Positions 23,212 to 34,391 of a stretch of 64,000 nucleotides of DNA are shown one piece after another. How positions within the stretch are numbered: the first letter of the stretch is position 1; each line of letters opens with the position of its first letter. The stretch comes from an uncultured Methanosarcinaceae archaeon. GTDB lineage: Archaea; Halobacteriota; Methanosarcinia; Methanosarcinales; Methanosarcinaceae. The position numbers and the translations under genes are program-made. Location of the stretch: positions 288,001-352,000 of the forward strand of contig CAWHXP010000003.1 in the NCBI GenBank assembly GCA_963833425.1, given 5' to 3'. Under the pieces are notes generated by a model. That model ran no database searches, had not been told where the DNA came from, and saw nothing but the letters and a program-made list of their open reading frames with translations.

Positions 23212-24090
23212 ATGCATCTCAATTTTCGTGAAAAACTGAATTCCAGCAAATTTCTGGTTACTGCTGAAATCTCTCCTCCGAAGGGAACTAACTTTTCAGT
23301 TCCCTTGGAAGATGCTAGCCAGCTCAAAGGCGTTGTAGATGCTCTAAACGTCACTGACAATCAATGCTCGATAATGCATATGAGTTCCTTAGCTTTTAGT
23401 AAGCTTCTGCTCGATGATGGACACGAGCCCATTATGCAGTTAACTTGCCGTGACAGGAATAGACTTGGACTTCAGTCAGATCTTTTGGGTGCTTATGCTT
23501 TGGGTATACGGAATATTTGCTTAATGACCGGGGATTTTCCTTCGTGTGGAGATCATCCTGGCTCAAAGCCTGTATATGATCTCGATTCTGTGCAGCTTCT
23601 TCAAATTGTTAGGAAACTTGATTCTGGCGTTGATTTTGCAGGAAATAAATTAAAAGGAGGAACTTCTTTCTGTACTGGTGCTGTCTCCGGAATAAAGCCT
23701 GACAATCCCCTGCAACTCATAAAGCTTGAAAAAAAAGTTAAGTGTGGAGCTAATTTTATCCAGACCCAGGCTGTCTTTGATTTAGGTATGTTTGAGGAAT
23801 TTATGGAAGCCATAAACTACCTCGATGTACCTGTAATTGCAGGTTTGATCCCTCTTAAGTCCCTTGCAATGGCTGAATTCATGAACAGAAACATATCTGG
23901 AATCAGTGTACCTGAGGAAATAATGCTCCGCATGAGAAAGACATCTAATCCGGTGGAAGAAGGCATTTTTATAGCATCAGAAATTATATCCGAACTCGCT
24001 AAATTTTCGAGAGGAATCCATATTATGCCTATAGGCTCTCATAGAAATACACCAAGGTTACTTTATATGACCGGACTCCTCGGAAAGTAA
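23212..24090 (+). CDS. metF: Methylenetetrahydrofolate reductase
   Basis: TAEISPPKG, NVTDN, QLTCRDRNRLGLQSDLLGA, TGD, FIQTQ. Confidence 0.93.
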   Translation: MHLNFREKLNSSKFLVTAEISPPKGTNFSVPLEDASQLKGVVDALNVTDNQCSIMHMSSLAFSKLLLDDGHEPIMQLTCRDRNRLGLQSDLLGAYALGIRNICLMTGDFPSCGDHPGSKPVYDLDSVQLLQIVRKLDSGVDFAGNKLKGGTSFCTGAVSGIKPDNPLQLIKLEKKVKCGANFIQTQAVFDLGMFEEFMEAINYLDVPVIAGLIPLKSLAMAEFMNRNISGISVPEEIMLRMRKTSNPVEEGIFIASEIISELAKFSRGIHIMPIGSHRNTPRLLYMTGLLGK

Positions 24091-24283
24091 TCCTCTAAAT
24101 ATAGATAATATCCTCAATAGCTAGTACAGTTTCCTCTTCTTCCTTGATAAAGAACGGAGGTAGATCCAAAATAATTTGGGTGATAAATCATTCACCATCG
24201 TTCAACGATTATTATACACAATTTTTAGTCTCATGCATAGCGAATTTTCGACATATGTTCAAATATTGGCATAAAAAATAATT

Positions 24284-24371
24284 AAGGATTTAAATAAATT
24301 TTTGATTTCCAAGAGTCATTTGTATGCAATTAATACGCATACGATGGAATTAAGGATTAATCGAAATCCTC
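24284..24371. mobile_element. ~89-bp MITE, family A (reverse orientation)
   Basis: Aligns with the reverse complement of 20866-20954; right end ggattaatcgaaatcctc. Confidence 0.75.
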
Positions 24372-24616
24372 TGAATATACGTAAGACTGAGAAAAATCTT
24401 TCAATATTGTTGCAATGTTGTATCAGGGCTAAGAATAGATCTCATTGAACAAATAAAAATGTTGATTTAATAAGTAAATTTGGCAAAAAATACCCTCCTG
24501 AATGGAAAAAAAATGGGATGTAGAATCGGAATATTGAGTAAAAAAGATTTCAAGAAACTCATATGTTTCAAATCATACATTGCAAGAATCTATTTTTTAA
24601 TACAATCTGGTATGTG

Positions 24617-25853
24617 GGGAGCGTGCATAATTTCTGTAAAACTGTATCCCATAATCTTTTTTTGGACTATTTTTCATTACTAAGATACTATTTTCTGTTA
24701 TCGGTAGTCATCTATATAAATGAATACTGAGACTTATAATCCCAATACTCTTTCCCGGTCAGGGAATGTCTCGTTTACTTTTAATTTTCTTTTAAATTTC
24801 TTGTTAATCTTTTCCATCATATTTATTGTTCTTGTTTTTATACAAGTTATTTTATGAAAGTTGTATAAGTTCATTATATTGTACTGAAAGCTTCCGAGCA
24901 TAAGAGCTGCGCTTTTAGACTAATGTTGCCCAGGTTTCTGATCAGATGTAAAGCTCCTGAAAATATATCAATGCTTCTTTTATCTTCTAAATTATTTTCT
25001 TACTTTTTTTGTCACCTCCTTGAGAACTTGTCCTATTTAGTCGTAGTGACATAAATGCCATTTTGATTCGTGAAAGGACTCTCCAAAAGCTTTCTGCACC
25101 CTCTTTTCACCATCCAAAACAAATATCTATAAAATTATATATATTTCACCCAGATAATCATAAAGATCTTTTAAGAACAAAAGTCTTCACTGTTTTCTAA
25201 TCTTGCTCCAAAATTTCACGGTAACCATAATCCTTTATTCTAGCAACTACAAAGAGAGCCTGTTTTCATAGAGAAGCCCATATTTTCCCTTAAATAATGA
25301 GCACTAATAAAGAGGTAAGTGATTTTTAATTCTATTTTTTAAGACTGATTTTTCAAACTTTTCATCAGTTTTTTAGTAATCCTGAACTCAGAGGAATTTG
25401 AGGTTTCACTTACTTCTAAAGCAGTTATAATCTTTTACATTCCTCAAGGGGAGATATCTTGCAGATGAAATTCAGCAACAAAAGAAAGAATGGTTTATTC
25501 TTCTCTGGAATACTTCTCAAGAATATACGTTTCAAAAGGTGACTTACTTAATTAAGGTTTTGATAATCAGATTCCTATTAATTTAGTTTAGTGAATGCGG
25601 ATTTTGTAGCCTTTTATACCATTTTTCTCTAGAATGCATCCCTTCATAACATTTCAAACAAGATTTAAGAAGAGTTTCTGATTCCATTAAAATTTTTAAG
25701 AACCAAGTAATTAGGTATCTAATTCCATCTTACTAATCGACAAAATCATTTTTTATGAATGAAAAGCTATCATCTATTGACTCTGCACTTTTTTGTGATA
25801 TAAGGAGTCGGATACAGAGTCAATCATATTTTACATAATTTTCGGTATACTAG
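24617..25853 (-). mobile_element. IS256-family element, degraded
   Basis: Degenerate YLITWFLK, GVQKAFGESF..SKWHLCH, FPDR; terminal repeats gggagcgtgcataatttctgtaaa and tttacataattttcggtatacta. Confidence 0.75.
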
Positions 25854-25899
25854 TATTATTAACTTTTTGAATATGCTAAGGCAAGTTATTGAAATTATA

Positions 25900-26640
25900 A
25901 TGAATTTAGATAAACTCCTATACATTTGATTATTGGAGAGTTTAAATTTCTTAAAAATAATTTTTACTTATGAAAACATTTACAGATTTTGCTCTTAAAA
26001 AAGGATACAAACGTCTTCAGTCAGTTAGAGACAAAATTGCTGAAATTGATTCCTTAATTAATTGAAAATTTGTTCATATCATTTTTAAGTTAATATTTTT
26101 AACAAAATATTTTCATTAGGCAGACCTGAAGCTGACTTAATTTTTATGTTAAAAATGTTTGTTTTATAGAAATTGTAAGATCTTTCTGACTTTGAACTTG
26201 AGAAACAATATGTTGATCGAATTTCTTTCAGAAAATTTATTGGTTTTCCTGAGCAAATACCAGAAAGTACCGCAGTTTAGTCATTAAGAAAAAAATATTG
26301 GTAATTGTAAGAAGATCAAATGTGGGACAGTTACAAAGCCAACTCGTTTCCTTGGTTTGAAAATGAAAAAGGAACGATTCGGAGAGCCACTTTTATCCAT
26401 TCAGATTATGGGCATGAAAAAGAGGATAAAACCTCTAGAAAATTGAGCAAAAACAAAGAGTGTATAGATGGAGCGTGGCCAAAAAATAAATGGTAAGCCA
26501 CACTTTGGATCTAGATTTAATAATACAATAGACATGGATTACGAGCTAATCAGAAAATTCAAAATAGAAAAATTTCTTGAAACTACTGTTCAAAGAGTGA
26601 ATCTAAAGATATTGTGTGCAGTTTTTTGTACTAATCACTA
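25900..26640 (+). mobile_element. IS5-family element remnant
   Basis: Homologous to the 44686-45818 element (MKTFTDFALK, GRPEAD, DRISFRKF) with many stops; left end gaatttagataaactcc. Confidence 0.85.
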
Positions 26641-26759
26641 TATTTTGATTAATTTGTTTACCTTTTTGTCCACAATTATTTATTGATGTTGGATTAGTAT
26701 TATAAGGTATGCAATATTGAGAAAATAGATATCATTCTTGTGTATCTACAGAAATTGGT
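26625..26759. mobile_element. ~139-bp MITE-like element, family C
   Basis: aatttgttt...gcaatattgagaaaatagat...gtgtatctacagaaattgg matches 1741-1879 and 37096-37234. Confidence 0.55.
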
Positions 26760-26867
26760 TTTTATTTGTTGCAGTCACAAAGTGCGAAAAATATTGATGA
26801 GTCTTTGCAATCCCAGAAGATATCATATAAATATTTAGAAGTGTTAGAAAAAGGATCTAAATTTTCC

Positions 26868-28178
26868 TTAACCTATTACACTTAAATCTGAAACACGGAT
26901 TGAAGGTATAATCATGCCTCCGACTCTTCTTACATCAAAACCTGCACCTGTGATCTGTTTTAAAAGCTCAAAAGCATTTCCAGAAATCATAAGCGACCTT
27001 ATAGGTTCATCAAGAGCTCCATCTCTAATTGTGAAAGCATTTCTCGCTTCCACAGAAAAGTCCCCGGAAATTGAATTTGCAGTGTGAGAACCTATAATAG
27101 TATTCACGAAAACTCCATACTCTGTGTCAGCGATAACATCCTTTTGAGGGTAATCGATTATAAAATTTCTGAGCCCCACTGAAGGAGGACTTGAATAAGA
27201 AGCCCTCAAACCATTTCCTGTGCTTTTTATGCCTACTTTTCCTGCTGTATGGTTATCATGAAGATAAGTCACAAGTACTCCTTTCTCGATCACGGTCGTA
27301 CGCTGTGATGGAACTCCTTCATCATCTGAAGCCGAAGTCTCAATTCCAGAATCGATCAGCCCATCGTCATAAATACAGAGTTCGGAAACTGCCAACTCTT
27401 TCCCAAGCTTAGATATCAGACCCGACCTCCCCTTCTGGACATTGTCTGCATCAAGGGAAGGAGCGATGACATCTTCAATGATATCTGAAAAAGCAAAGGG
27501 ATGGAAGATCACATCGATTTTTTGCGGTTCGATTTTTATTCCCCCATTGGACTTAAGAGCAAGATCAGACGCATTTTCGCCGAGTGCAAAAAAATCAATA
27601 TCCAGAGAACGAGAAATCGCAAAATCGTAGGCTGTTGAAGTCTGCCCATTTACCGTAATAACATCCACAAAACCGGAAACAATTGTGGATTCTTCTTCAA
27701 TATCAATCCCATTTGTGTTCAGGATAAGCTGTCTGCATTTTGCTCGGGTAAAGCCTCCGGAGGTTGGAAGCGTGCCAGGATGCTCTTTTGTGCCTTCAAC
27801 AAGAGCCATCGCATAGTCGATACACTCTTCGAGCTCAAGAGTTTCGACTCTTTTATCGAAGACCCCTGAAACCTGTTGGTATTTCCCATCAGATGGAAGT
27901 CCCATCCAATCAGAATCCTTTCTCACAACTCTGGCTTCTGCGACTGCAACTTCTATAGCGTTCTCGAGTTCTCGTGCAGAATTCGTACTGGCAAAACCCA
28001 CTGCTCCATTTACTATAGCTCGGATTCCAATACCTTCTGAGAAACGATCTTTTGCATTCTCGAGGGAGTCCTTCCGGAAATTCACACTTGTTGAGTGATT
28101 AGAAGCATAATAAATTTCAGCTTCTTCTGCCCCTATTCTCTCTGCCAACTGGAGAGCTTTTCTTGCAAGTTCGTACAT
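26868..28178 (-). CDS. pmbA: TldD/PmbA family protein (PmbA/TldE-like)
   Basis: GIGIRAIVNGAVGFAST, DDEGVP, STGN, SGDFS, MISGN; lacks the HExxGH motif. Confidence 0.88.
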   Translation of the reverse strand: MYELARKALQLAERIGAEEAEIYYASNHSTSVNFRKDSLENAKDRFSEGIGIRAIVNGAVGFASTNSARELENAIEVAVAEARVVRKDSDWMGLPSDGKYQQVSGVFDKRVETLELEECIDYAMALVEGTKEHPGTLPTSGGFTRAKCRQLILNTNGIDIEEESTIVSGFVDVITVNGQTSTAYDFAISRSLDIDFFALGENASDLALKSNGGIKIEPQKIDVIFHPFAFSDIIEDVIAPSLDADNVQKGRSGLISKLGKELAVSELCIYDDGLIDSGIETSASDDEGVPSQRTTVIEKGVLVTYLHDNHTAGKVGIKSTGNGLRASYSSPPSVGLRNFIIDYPQKDVIADTEYGVFVNTIIGSHTANSISGDFSVEARNAFTIRDGALDEPIRSLMISGNAFELLKQITGAGFDVRRVGGMIIPSIRVSDLSVIG

Positions 28179-28181
28179 TCT

Positions 28182-29522
28182 TCATGAACCTCCTACAAGA
28201 GCTTTTGAGATGGCAATATGGGGGGAACCATCTGATACTGGCACAATCTGTCCTGCTTTTCCGCATCTTCCTGCAGTTATTTTCATGTCATTGCCCACAA
28301 GGGTTACATGGTTAAGAATCTCAAGAATCTTGCCAGACAAGGATACATCACGTACAAGTTTTGTAAGTTCTCCGTTACTTATTAGATATCCTTTTTCTGC
28401 ATTGAACTGGAAAATTCCTTCCCCTGTATTCACCTGGCCACCTCTGGACCCGATGAGATACATTCCGTCTCGAAGCTCTTCAAGCATCTCTTCAAACCTG
28501 GCATCCCCGTTATCTATGAATGTATTACTCATTCTAACAACTGGCATGGAATATCCCTGAGCTCTGAAGTTCCCTGGAGTTCCTCCAAGTTTGGCAGCTG
28601 TTTCCCGTGAATGTAGATAGGAATTTAAAACTCCATCTCTGATTATCTCTGTTTTTTTTGATTGTACTCCTTCTGCATCGAAAGGGTAGTATCCAAACTC
28701 ATGAAGAGTGGGGTCGTCGATAATAGTAATAATAGGAGCTGCGATTTGTTCCCCCAGCCTGTTTCCAAGGATTGAATCCCCCTCAAGGACAAGATCGGCT
28801 TCTGATGCGTGTCCGACAGCTTCATGCACAAACACTCCGGCAAGTTCCTGATCAAGCAGTACAGGCATTTCCCCACCTTTAGGGGTTTTGGCTTTAAGAA
28901 GTTCGACTGCAGTATTCCCTGCCATGCTTGCAAGTTCCATAACGTTTTCTTTTTCAAAAAGCTCATAGCCGTACCCAAAGCGACTTTCTCTGCCTGCTTG
29001 ATATGCACCATTCTCTGAAGCCACTGCAGAAACTGCAAAGCCGACATTCAGAAGTTCATATTCACATTCCAGACCTTCTGAATTTTCGTATTCGATTCTG
29101 AATTCGGCTTCCATATATGTTACTTTTGTGCTGTGAACTCCTTTGACCCTTGCATTGGTCTCAATGCTCATTAAAAGGTCTACTTTCTCCTCGATGGTAA
29201 CATCCCTTGGATCGACCCTTATTTCAGGAAAATTTTTAATCTCTGGGGGATTCACAGATACAAGTTCAACGCTGTCTTTTGGGGTGTTCGCATTCATAGA
29301 AAAAGCAAGTTTTGAAGCAGCTTCGATGCCACGCTTGAGGTCTATTTCCCCTTCTACAGCTGTAAAACCCCACGAACCTCCACATAGAGCCCTTACCCCA
29401 GCTCCTCGTGTAAAGTTTTTGGAAATTTCCTCTATCCTTCCATTATCCAGGATAATAGAGATGAAACTACCTTCTACTATCCTGCAGTCATAAAATTTAA
29501 TTCCCTGCATAACGTTTTTCAT
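28182..29522 (-). CDS. tldD: TldD-family metalloprotease
   Basis: HEAVGHASEAD catalytic motif, FDAEG, RMSNT, CGKAGQ.VPV..GSPH. Confidence 0.92.
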   Translation of the reverse strand: MKNVMQGIKFYDCRIVEGSFISIILDNGRIEEISKNFTRGAGVRALCGGSWGFTAVEGEIDLKRGIEAASKLAFSMNANTPKDSVELVSVNPPEIKNFPEIRVDPRDVTIEEKVDLLMSIETNARVKGVHSTKVTYMEAEFRIEYENSEGLECEYELLNVGFAVSAVASENGAYQAGRESRFGYGYELFEKENVMELASMAGNTAVELLKAKTPKGGEMPVLLDQELAGVFVHEAVGHASEADLVLEGDSILGNRLGEQIAAPIITIIDDPTLHEFGYYPFDAEGVQSKKTEIIRDGVLNSYLHSRETAAKLGGTPGNFRAQGYSMPVVRMSNTFIDNGDARFEEMLEELRDGMYLIGSRGGQVNTGEGIFQFNAEKGYLISNGELTKLVRDVSLSGKILEILNHVTLVGNDMKITAGRCGKAGQIVPVSDGSPHIAISKALVGGS

Positions 29523-29524
29523 AA

Positions 29525-31579
29525 TCAGTTCCTGCACCCAAATAGACTCTTAGCCTGAACGGAAGCGGGTGAGACTTCCGGGATGTCGAAACTTAGTTTG
29601 GTAATATTCTTGAGTTTTTCTATAATTGTATTCTTTCTAGGGCCCACAAGGCTGTGTTCCATTACTTCCGCAATAGAAGACACAGGAATAATCTGAATCT
29701 TGTCTCTGTATGCCTTTTCGATAAGGACATCCGCTTCATTCGCCTTTGGTATAATAACCTTCTTCATACCTGCTTGAGCTGCAGCTTCGATCTTATAGGT
29801 AACCCCACCTACAGGCAGGACGTCTCCTCTGACTGAAAGGGATCCTGTCATTGCCACTGTCTGGTCCACTGGGATTTTTTCAATGGCAGATATGACGGCT
29901 GTAGCAATTGAAACTGATGCACTGTCTCCTTCCACGCCTTCATATGTTCCTACGAACTGGATGTGGACATCATGTCTGGAGATATCTGCACCTGTCATAT
30001 TTTTAATCACCGCAGAGACATTCTGCACCGCTTCCTTTGCAATGGTCTTGAGCTTTCCTGTTGCTATAATGCGTCCCTCAGATCCAGAAATTGCAGGAGT
30101 AACTTCGGATACGATAGGTAGCACAATTCCTGAGTCTCCTCCCATAACTGCAAGTCCATTGACCCTGCCAACAGCAGAACCTTTTCTCAGGAAGGATTCA
30201 TATTCCTTTCGCTGTTCGAGGTAGCTATCTGCAAGCTGTTGTTCAATTGACCTGGCAATCCTTTTTGCCGAAAGTACATGTTCTGAGGTTGTGATTGGGG
30301 CGCTTTCTGAATGGGCAATATCACCTGCTACACGCACAAGTCCTCCAAGATCGCGGAGCTTTAAAGTAAGATGACCTTTTCTACCTGCCCTCCTTCTGGC
30401 TTCCCTAATTACTTCTTCTACTGCACCTTCGTCAAAATGAGGAATATGCCCGTCCCGAACAACTTCCTGAGCAACGAAACGGACCATTTTCTTCCTATTT
30501 TCAGAAGTATCTTCCATGGAGTCACGCATGTAGACTTCATATCCATAGCCTTTTATTCTTGACCTGAGCGCAGGGTGCATCTTATGAACTGCGTCCAAGT
30601 TCCCTGCAGAAACCATGATAAAATCACAGGGTACAGGCTCGGTTTTAACAAGAGCTCCAGAACTCCTCTCGGATTGCCCGGTAATCGGATATTCCTTCTC
30701 CTGAAGTGCCGTCAGTAGACTTTGCTGGGACTCTAGCCTGAGAGTATTAATCTCGTCAATGAAGAGTACTCCTTTATGGGCCTTATGAATATCTCCGGCT
30801 TCTACTCTGTCGTGAGCAGGAGTCTCAAGTCCTCCAGACTGAAATGGATCATGCCTCACATCACCAAGCAATGCTCCTGCATGTGCTCCAGTTCCATCAA
30901 TATAGGGTGCGTGCTCTTTATCATAATTAGAAACCGCCAATTTCGGGATCATCATTTCCTCTTTAGGAAGGAACTGACGGGTTAACATGAGGATCATTAT
31001 GCCTGCAATTATGCCCCATAGCAATTGAGCAACAAAGTAAGAATAAACTATAATGCCAACTACAAAGAGCATCATAAGCATGTTTCTGGCCTGGGCTTTC
31101 TTTCTAGCTTCCATCTTATGAGCCATAACAATTTCTCTGCCTTTCCCGGCAGGAACCTCTCTGATTTTAGGATTGTTCAGATCTTCCATGTTAGGATATA
31201 CAAGGATATCCTTGAGTTCTTCTTTAGGGAGGAGCTCTGCCATAGCTTTTGCAAGTAGGGATTTCCCTGTACCCGGAGTTCCTATCATCATGATGTGTCG
31301 TCTTTGGCTAGCTGCTTTTTTTACTACTTCTACTGCATGCTCCTGTCCTAACACCTGGTCGATAAGAAGTTTGGGAACATCTATATTAGAAGTGTTTTCA
31401 AATAAAAAGCCGATCTCGACATCTTCATCCATATCATAATTGAGATCAGGCTTAGATTTAATCTGATTAGATTCAGATTCTCCTGTAACTTTATTGGATT
31501 CATTCCTGTCCGTAACATTATTGAACTCATATGTGGTTATACACCTGCCGGACATTTTTTCATTAATATTATACACCAT
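29525..31579 (-). CDS. lonB: ATP-dependent protease LonB (membrane-anchored)
   Basis: GTPGTGKS, TM insertion in the AAA domain, LFIDEI, EGDSAS catalytic Ser, GGVTYKIEAA. Confidence 0.97.
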   Translation of the reverse strand: MVYNINEKMSGRCITTYEFNNVTDRNESNKVTGESESNQIKSKPDLNYDMDEDVEIGFLFENTSNIDVPKLLIDQVLGQEHAVEVVKKAASQRRHIMMIGTPGTGKSLLAKAMAELLPKEELKDILVYPNMEDLNNPKIREVPAGKGREIVMAHKMEARKKAQARNMLMMLFVVGIIVYSYFVAQLLWGIIAGIMILMLTRQFLPKEEMMIPKLAVSNYDKEHAPYIDGTGAHAGALLGDVRHDPFQSGGLETPAHDRVEAGDIHKAHKGVLFIDEINTLRLESQQSLLTALQEKEYPITGQSERSSGALVKTEPVPCDFIMVSAGNLDAVHKMHPALRSRIKGYGYEVYMRDSMEDTSENRKKMVRFVAQEVVRDGHIPHFDEGAVEEVIREARRRAGRKGHLTLKLRDLGGLVRVAGDIAHSESAPITTSEHVLSAKRIARSIEQQLADSYLEQRKEYESFLRKGSAVGRVNGLAVMGGDSGIVLPIVSEVTPAISGSEGRIIATGKLKTIAKEAVQNVSAVIKNMTGADISRHDVHIQFVGTYEGVEGDSASVSIATAVISAIEKIPVDQTVAMTGSLSVRGDVLPVGGVTYKIEAAAQAGMKKVIIPKANEADVLIEKAYRDKIQIIPVSSIAEVMEHSLVGPRKNTIIEKLKNITKLSFDIPEVSPASVQAKSLFGCRN

Positions 31580-31790
31580 GGTTAGCTCACATATTCTAAC
31601 GTTATTATAGACGTTATCTGATCAATATTGACATTGGAAGCTTTCTAAAAAATAAAAAACTTAGTTATAAAATGATTGGCAAAAAGCGCATGCCATAATT
31701 AATACATTCCTGAAGTTACTGTAACCCCATATATACTTCGGTTAATTATATAAACTTGCGGTATATAAAACTAACCTGACAAATTATATA

Positions 31791-31879
31791 GAATATTTCT
31801 ATAAACTCCCAAATTTTGTCATGTGGTTATGCATATATTATAAATGATTCGTGAAAATTAGAAGTTTATCAAAATCCTC
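31791..31879. mobile_element. ~89-bp MITE, family A
   Basis: Ends gaatatttctataaact / agtttatcaaaatcctc; flanked by tata on both sides. Confidence 0.8.
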
Positions 31880-32203
31880 TATAAATTATATAGAATCCTT
31901 TTACTATATACTATTTGCTAGTTCAATAGTCTCAAACCTCGTAATTCTATACCATTAATGCGAATCACGTTTGAAGATGAAGTAAACCCTTCAATCCTTT
32001 TTTTTGATTTATTTCTTCAAATCATCGCTTCTTTGCTAAATAAGTTTGTTTTTGGTACCATGGTCAGAAGTAGTTCCCCCGCCTCTTTGAATGATGAGAT
32101 ACACATTGAAAATTAGACGTCTGTAGCTATATATTGTCAGTTCACAGATAATATCGTGCGTGTTTTTGAGTATATAGTACAATAGAGTACGCCATACCAT
32201 ATA

Positions 32204-32292
32204 GAATATTTTGATAAACTCCTAAATTTATCATGTGATTAAAAACTATATATAGATGACTCTTGAAAATCAGAGATTTATAGAAGTATTAA
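32204..32292. mobile_element. ~89-bp MITE, family A
   Basis: Direct-orientation sibling of 31791-31879 (aaactcc.aaattt..tcatgtg...atgactcttgaaaatcag). Confidence 0.75.
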
Positions 32293-32344
32293 TCTTCTTG
32301 GTTTATTTGGTAATACTTCATTAATCTTATTTGGAGATGCTTAA

Positions 32345-32779
32345 TTAATTTTCTTCAGGACAACAACTGCTTTTATTATGCTTGATTCTCCCACAAATAC
32401 CTATTCTTGGATGGCCTAGAGAACGACAAATCTTATTAACCACATTTCTTGAGATATACCCCTCAAACTTTAAAGCTTCATCACAAGCTTCACACCCCGA
32501 AAGTCCATAGTGAGAGAGCATCAATTCTATAACTCTGTGACGTCTAACCAAAAACTCAGCATACTCGGTGCCCTTGCATGTCAGACTAATGCCCCTATAA
32601 GGCAAATATTCTATAAGACCAGTGGAAGACATCTCTTGCATGGTTTTAGTTATTGTCGAAGGGTCAAGGTGAAAATTATCTGATATGTCTGTTGTACGGA
32701 CAATACCTCCTTTCTCAAATATATATTTTAAATATTCACTTTTTTTAGGGCTTAACTCTAGACAATTATTGCATTTCAT
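32345..32779 (-). CDS. DtxR/MntR-family metal-dependent transcriptional regulator
   Basis: EYLKYI, DPSTITK, Y.PY.GISLT..G..YA..LVRRHR, LGHP..GICG. Confidence 0.9.
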   Translation of the reverse strand: MKCNNCLELSPKKSEYLKYIFEKGGIVRTTDISDNFHLDPSTITKTMQEMSSTGLIEYLPYRGISLTCKGTEYAEFLVRRHRVIELMLSHYGLSGCEACDEALKFEGYISRNVVNKICRSLGHPRIGICGRIKHNKSSCCPEEN

Positions 32780-33289
32780 AATTTGGTGTATATGCATAAA
32801 GTATTTAATATTTTTGAGTATGCCCCAAATTTATAGTGAATTCCATTTCTGAGAAAAAACATATCGAAAGTCTTATGCTTGCTTTTTCAATAATTCACTC
32901 TCACAAATTAAAAAAATCAATATCATTAAAGATATAACTATTATAAAAAATGAACTTAATCACAATGTCTATTGAATTTGCTGTCGTCCTCTAAATGGGT
33001 AGATCCTATGATATAAAATGAGAATGCGATTCGTAAAAATAATGAGATCTATAGTTTATTGTTAAAAACTCCAGGAAGAGCGGCGATTTTTCTGTGAAAT
33101 CACAAAGAAGTTACTTGGTAGTAAATTTCAGATTGAAGAACAAATTACACGCAGCACGCAAAAACTTGACTTTGAATTTACAGCAAAACTCGACATTATC
33201 CAATTCCATTTTTTAAAAAGAAATTATTTTTTATAATGTTTTTATAAATAAAATCGGGATATCTACTGTAAAATGAGGGTGAAATAAAA

Positions 33290-33488
33290 ATGAGATTTAA
33301 TGAAAGAGGGGATTCTTACAGAAGTGCTTGTAGAGACTAACAACGGTGGTTTTAAAGCTTTAGTAGTGATTATAGAAAGATGTCAAATGTATTCGCTCTG
33401 ATTGCGGCGTTGAAACCGAAGTTCCTATCAAACCAATTGAAGGATGCTAGTTTACTGTAGAACTTGTCTACCAAAACAAAGGAGTGAT
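33290..33488 (+). pseudogene. CxxC-x17-CxxC zinc-ribbon protein remnant
   Basis: GAGGGTGA RBS then ATG; degenerate SDCGVETEVP.KP.EG...YCRTCLPK with stops and frameshifts. Confidence 0.7.
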
Positions 33489-34153
33489 ATTTTCAAAAAT
33501 TCCTAATTTTCGGTTTTAATTATTCTCAATGAAAACCTTATGACAACATGGCTCTCAAATTTTTTATTATTCTCATATCCCATTTATGTATTGTCCATAA
33601 GTTATTGACCAATTGTGATAAAACAAATAATATACCCAAATTTGAGAAAAATTTAAGCCGATTATTTTGCTCACAGTTTTCAGTAATTTGCGAATGCTAT
33701 ATGAATTCATTCCAACAGTAAAAGCATATTTTAAAATATGTCTCTATATCATGATTTTAAAATTTGCATGGTGTACTAGATCTATTAACATGAATTGTCC
33801 ATGATGCCCGGATAATAAATATGGATATGAGCTTCGAAAACAAAATTGAATATTCTTTTATCATCTAGTTGATTTTTTCATTCAGTTTATTTTTGCATTT
33901 AAATAATTATTAATATAACTTTAATGTTTTATATTTTATATTGTACAAAACATTTGGTATATAACCAATAATTTATCAATGGGTACTATAATGAGCTCAA
34001 ATAAAAAAATTCTATCTGAAACTTATTTGATTGAGGGACAAAATAAAAATGAATCATCAAAATTATTGATTTTTGAACAGTTGGATATTTAATGCTGTTA
34101 TCTTTCAGTTCGATTCCATAAAATCCTATTCATTTTTAATCATTTAGGATTCC

Positions 34154-34266
34154 AGGACTTTCACAGTTTAACTGAGAATTAATAGGATTTACCCTTTAAC
34201 TGCTGAAAATGCAATTTTAGCCACAAAGTTTATTGTGCTTTTTTGTACCTCAAATGCATAAGTCCT
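34154..34266. mobile_element. ~113-bp MITE, family B (IS701-type ends)
   Basis: Ends aggactttcacagt / aatgcataagtcct. Confidence 0.65.
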
Positions 34267-34391
34267 AGATTTTTCATAATTATTTTTATGATAAGAATCT
34301 AGACTCTAGGCACAAAATACGCGATTCAAATAACGAATTTCGAGCCCCATAGCAGCTAAATAATTTATTCGCATCTATTAGGTAGAAAATT

